From the NCBI GenBank assembly GCA_023334545.1, contig JAADVB010000021.1, positions 1 through 64,000 on the forward strand: 64,000 nt of DNA, read 5' to 3'. Under the pieces are notes generated by a model, which saw only the letters and a list, made by a program, of their open reading frames with translations, searched no databases and was not told the DNA's origin. The first letter of the stretch is position 1, and the number at the start of each line of letters is the position of its first letter. Both the position numbers and the translations under genes were made by a program. The DNA is from Salisapilia sapeloensis CBS 127946 (lineage: Eukaryota; Protista; Oomycota). This document shows positions 60,601 to 64,000 of the stretch, one piece after another.

Positions 60601-62186
60601 TTGTGCTCCAATGTGCGTTGCGTCGGTGGCATGCCCGTCGGCAGTTGGTTGCCAAGAGGCACGCGTTTGAAAAGCGCATATCGATGATGGCATCTGAGAA
60701 AGCGATGGACGACATTGAGCGTCTGCGGAAGGAGCAGGAGCAAGAGCTTATTGCGCTCAAGCTTCAGCTTATGAAGCAGCAACAGGCAGCAGAGGAGCAA
60801 GCCGCAAAGCTCAAGGAAGAGCTGGAGAAGCAAAAGGTTCTGGAGGAAGAACGACATGAGGAAGAAGCCAAGGAAATTGCTGCACTACGACTGCAAACGC
60901 TCCATCTAGAACAGCAAAAGCAACGACCGTTGTCCCGTGCCAGTACTCGCCATCTATCCACTCCTTCCATTGCCGAGGCAGCGGCACTGAAAGAAGAGCT
61001 GGAGAGACAAAGGGAGTCTCTCAAGACGTCTGAAGAGAACTTGCGCACGTATGAAAATGAGGAGCTTGCGAAAGCCAAGCTAGCCAACCTCTTCACGACG
61101 AATGAAGCGAGGAAGGAGCAGGCAAAGGAAGAGAAAGCTAGGGAAGAGGAGGAGATAGAGCTTGTCATTGTTTCCAAGGAACTGCAGGAGCAGCAAGCCA
61201 AATATAAGATCCAGTCGTTCTGTATCAAACACCTCGTTCGTAGGAGACTACTGCGTATGCAGCAGGAGCAGGCTGCATCTCTCGCCAAGTTGGAAGACGA
61301 AGAAGAGCGACTGCGTCTACAAGCTGCTCAGTCCAAGGAACTAGCGCTCGCTCGACTCAAGGCGTTGATGGATGAAGAGGCGAGACAGCAAGAGCAAGAG
61401 GTGAAAGCAATGGAAATGCAGATGCTCGAAAGAGCCAAACGCGAGAAAGTGCGGCAAGCAAAGCGGCATCAAGCAGCAGGAAAGATTCAGTCGGTTGCTA
61501 GAGGTTACCTAGGAAGAGTCCGCGTCAAACAGACCCAGCAGCGTATCGAACGAGAGCGCAACGCCCGTACTAAAGAGATGGAAGAGCAATTAGCGACAGC
61601 TGAAGCCAAGCTTAAGGAGGCCTTGTCGGAACAGGAGACTGCTGCTGCGGAAGAAGCTGCAGACAACTGGGTCGAGTACTGGGACGAAAGCGCCCAAACA
61701 TCGTACTTTTACAATATTAAAACGCAAGAAGCAACGTGGACGCGACCTACATGCTGGGGACCTGCGGACACGACAATGGACACTTCTGCTAGTGCGAATG
61801 CGACGGAATACGCCTATCAGACAGTTCCCGTCATGTCCATGCCAAGCCTGCAGTACTATACAAGCTACTTCCAGCCGCAGCCGATGATCCTCCCCTCGTT
61901 CATGATGCCGCAAGCATACGCTGACAACTTTGGTTACTACGACCCGATGGGCCAGTACCATTACTACAACGAAGCCCAAGCGTTCAATAGCAGCTACTAC
62001 CTGCCTACGATGACAAACCCAGCAGCAGACGCCTACACGGATCAAAGCCTGTCGTACGAGACGACAGAAGGGAGTGAGATTCCTGTCGATGCAGCGACGG
62101 ACCAGCCGTGGCAGCAGTACTATGACGAGCACACTGGCGCAGCCTACTACTACAATCGCGAGACTGGTGAAAACTACTGGGCCTAG
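57625..62186 (+). CDS. Large EF-hand / multi-IQ / coiled-coil / two-WW protein
   Basis: EF hands DVDKSGSISPSEL and DANGDGEIDFDEF; about 16 IQ-like motifs; WW domains WVEYWDESAQTSYFYN...TWTRP and WQQYYDEHTGAAYYYN. Probable first exon from ATG 57625, intron 57843-57886. Confidence 0.88.
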
Positions 62187-62253
62187 AATTGCGAATCAAA
62201 GCCACACTTTATATATTAGCTTTCTGCCTCGAGCTCTTGCTTTCTCTGCATAT

Positions 62254-64000
62254 TCATAAACTATCGTCCGACAGATCAAAATTCGACTGATCCAACGACT
62301 GCTGATTCGGCTCGATACTGCTGTAGGACTGGTCAAGATTCAGCATACGCGCGACGGGCTCCGTGTGCATCGGCGAAGAGTCTTTCGTCGTCGACAGAAG
62401 CGATTCTTGAAATGCCTTCGTGATCATCTCTCCCGCTAGTGCATCCTCGGCATCGTACGCTAGTGCCTACTCGCCATGACAAAGATCAGCATCTTACTAT
62501 GAATGCAAAGAAGAAAGAGACGTACCGAATGGTAGCAATCGATGGCTTGGTCCAGATTACCCTGCAGATGGTATGTGAATCCCAACGCAGAGTGTGCTGA
62601 CGCCTACAGTGCACAGCACATAAGACGATTGCAACAACTAAATCTAAGTAAAAAAGCGTCCGTACGTTGGTGGGGGCATAGTATAGCGCTCGCGTAAAGG
62701 ACCGTATCGCCTGATCAAACTTCCTACAGCAACAAAATAAGACCACAAGTCACCAAGTAAAGCAGATTCAGCGCACCGTAGCTTGCGATACGAGACGCCG
62801 AGGTTGAAAAGTGTCGGTTCCCACGCCACCATCAAATTCTACATCCATCCAAGTGCATTAGACGCATCATCTACGACGTACAAGCCAGCGAAAGGTACCG
62901 TTGGCAAATGACTACAAAGTTCCAAAGCCTTGTTGAACGAAGCAACCGCCTGGATGTAGTTGCTACAGGCAAAGTAGACGCTCCCGAGCTCATTATAGAT
63001 GAGCGGATCAGTCGGACACAGCTCCTTTGCTTTATTCAAACAGTCCTGAGCTTCAAGAAGCGAGTCTGTGCGTCGATGCTCCATGCCCAAGTACAAATGG
63101 ACGAGATGATTCGCCGGGAAGAGCTTCGCAGCTATTCGGTAGCACCCCACTGCCTGGTCGCTATCCTTTTGTGCTGCAAATGCGTTGCCGAATCCAACCC
63201 ACGCAGGCGCATAAGAAGCGTCCATCGTAGTCGCTTTATAAAAATAGTGCTGCGCCTCGTCCATCTTGTCGGCCAGCAGGTAGTAACACCCGACGCTGTA
63301 CCACGTACTACCCTCCTTCGGGTACGTATCCACCTACACAGCGTCATTAGACCAAGCCACTTATACTAGGCAGGAGGAACGTACCAACTCATGTGCATAG
63401 TGATACAGATTCTGCTTTTGTTTGAGCACAAACATGCTGCCGACGTAGACAGTTATGATGTGAGGGTTGTACGGATCCTGCCGTCGCACTCGTTCACATA
63501 CTTCCAGACTCTGATCGAACTGCTGCTGACAGTACAAGGTCTCTGCTTTCGCCACCGCCTAGTCAAACGAGATAAGAGCTGCATCTATGAGATAGCTGTA
63601 CTGACAACGTACCAAGTCGAGGTTCTGCTGCAGACCGAGCTTATCGTCGATACTAGAGAACTTGTCGTCAACAGAGACATTCGCATCGTACTTGCCAATG
63701 TAGGATGCGTACAAGTCCTTGAGCATGCCTGTTTCATCTTTGGCAAAGTGGAGCGACCGCATTAACTGCTTCTCATCTACTGCCGTTAAGACCTGCTTTT
63801 CCACGAGACGAAAGAAAGCTTCCGAGCACCGGACATCACATCTAATCGATGCTTTCCAGTACGTCGTCGCTTTCTCCAGATGACCAGCAGCTTCATACGC
63901 GTCGGCGATCACAAGCGCTAAGGACGCAACGACATTGACTTCACTGTCCTGTACCTGATCAAACTGCTTGCTCATCTCTTCCACGCCGTCCTCCGTACTC
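62254..64000 (-). CDS. CDC16: Anaphase-promoting complex subunit 6 (CDC16), TPR protein; 5' end outside the window
   Basis: CSEAFFRLV; WYSVGCYY; YFYKATTMDASYAPAWVGFGNAFA; SDQAVGCYRIAAKLFPANHLVHLYLGMEH; DPLIYNELG; WEPTLFNLG. Confidence 0.92.

Overview
Eukaryotic genomic DNA, almost certainly an oomycete: short introns of about 45-70 nt with CTAAC/CTAAT branch sites, INR-FPR core promoters and a GPCR-PIP kinase fusion gene. About 30 genes, mostly in very compact housekeeping blocks: Kv-beta-like AKR, ValRS, UFD1, sirtuin, GDPGP1/VTC2-like, PRORP, TOP3A, mitochondrial EF-G, AFG1, S10 carboxypeptidase, MnmA/TRMU, VAC14, WDR76, TPR-Aha1, B12D/NDUFA4, WBP2-like, OTU-like, DBP2, tandem Kir, GPCR-PIPK, an EF-hand/IQ/WW protein and CDC16. 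A gene-sparse, AT-richer island (about 13.9-20 kb) lies between two SDR paralogues and holds an LRR receptor-kinase pseudogene, followed by a Cys-rich membrane protein and a P450. Best leads: (1) a 443-nt, extensively self-complementary DBP2 intron with competing splice donors, a candidate autoregulatory RNA switch; (2) a two-domain KirBac-like K+ channel 86 nt downstream of a GPCR-PIP kinase, a candidate receptor-phosphoinositide-channel module; (3) SDR paralogues differing in a PTS1 signal around a fatty-acid-type P450; (4) an MLKL-like N-terminal domain at the left edge. All gene models were assembled by eye; no database searches or RNA folding were run.
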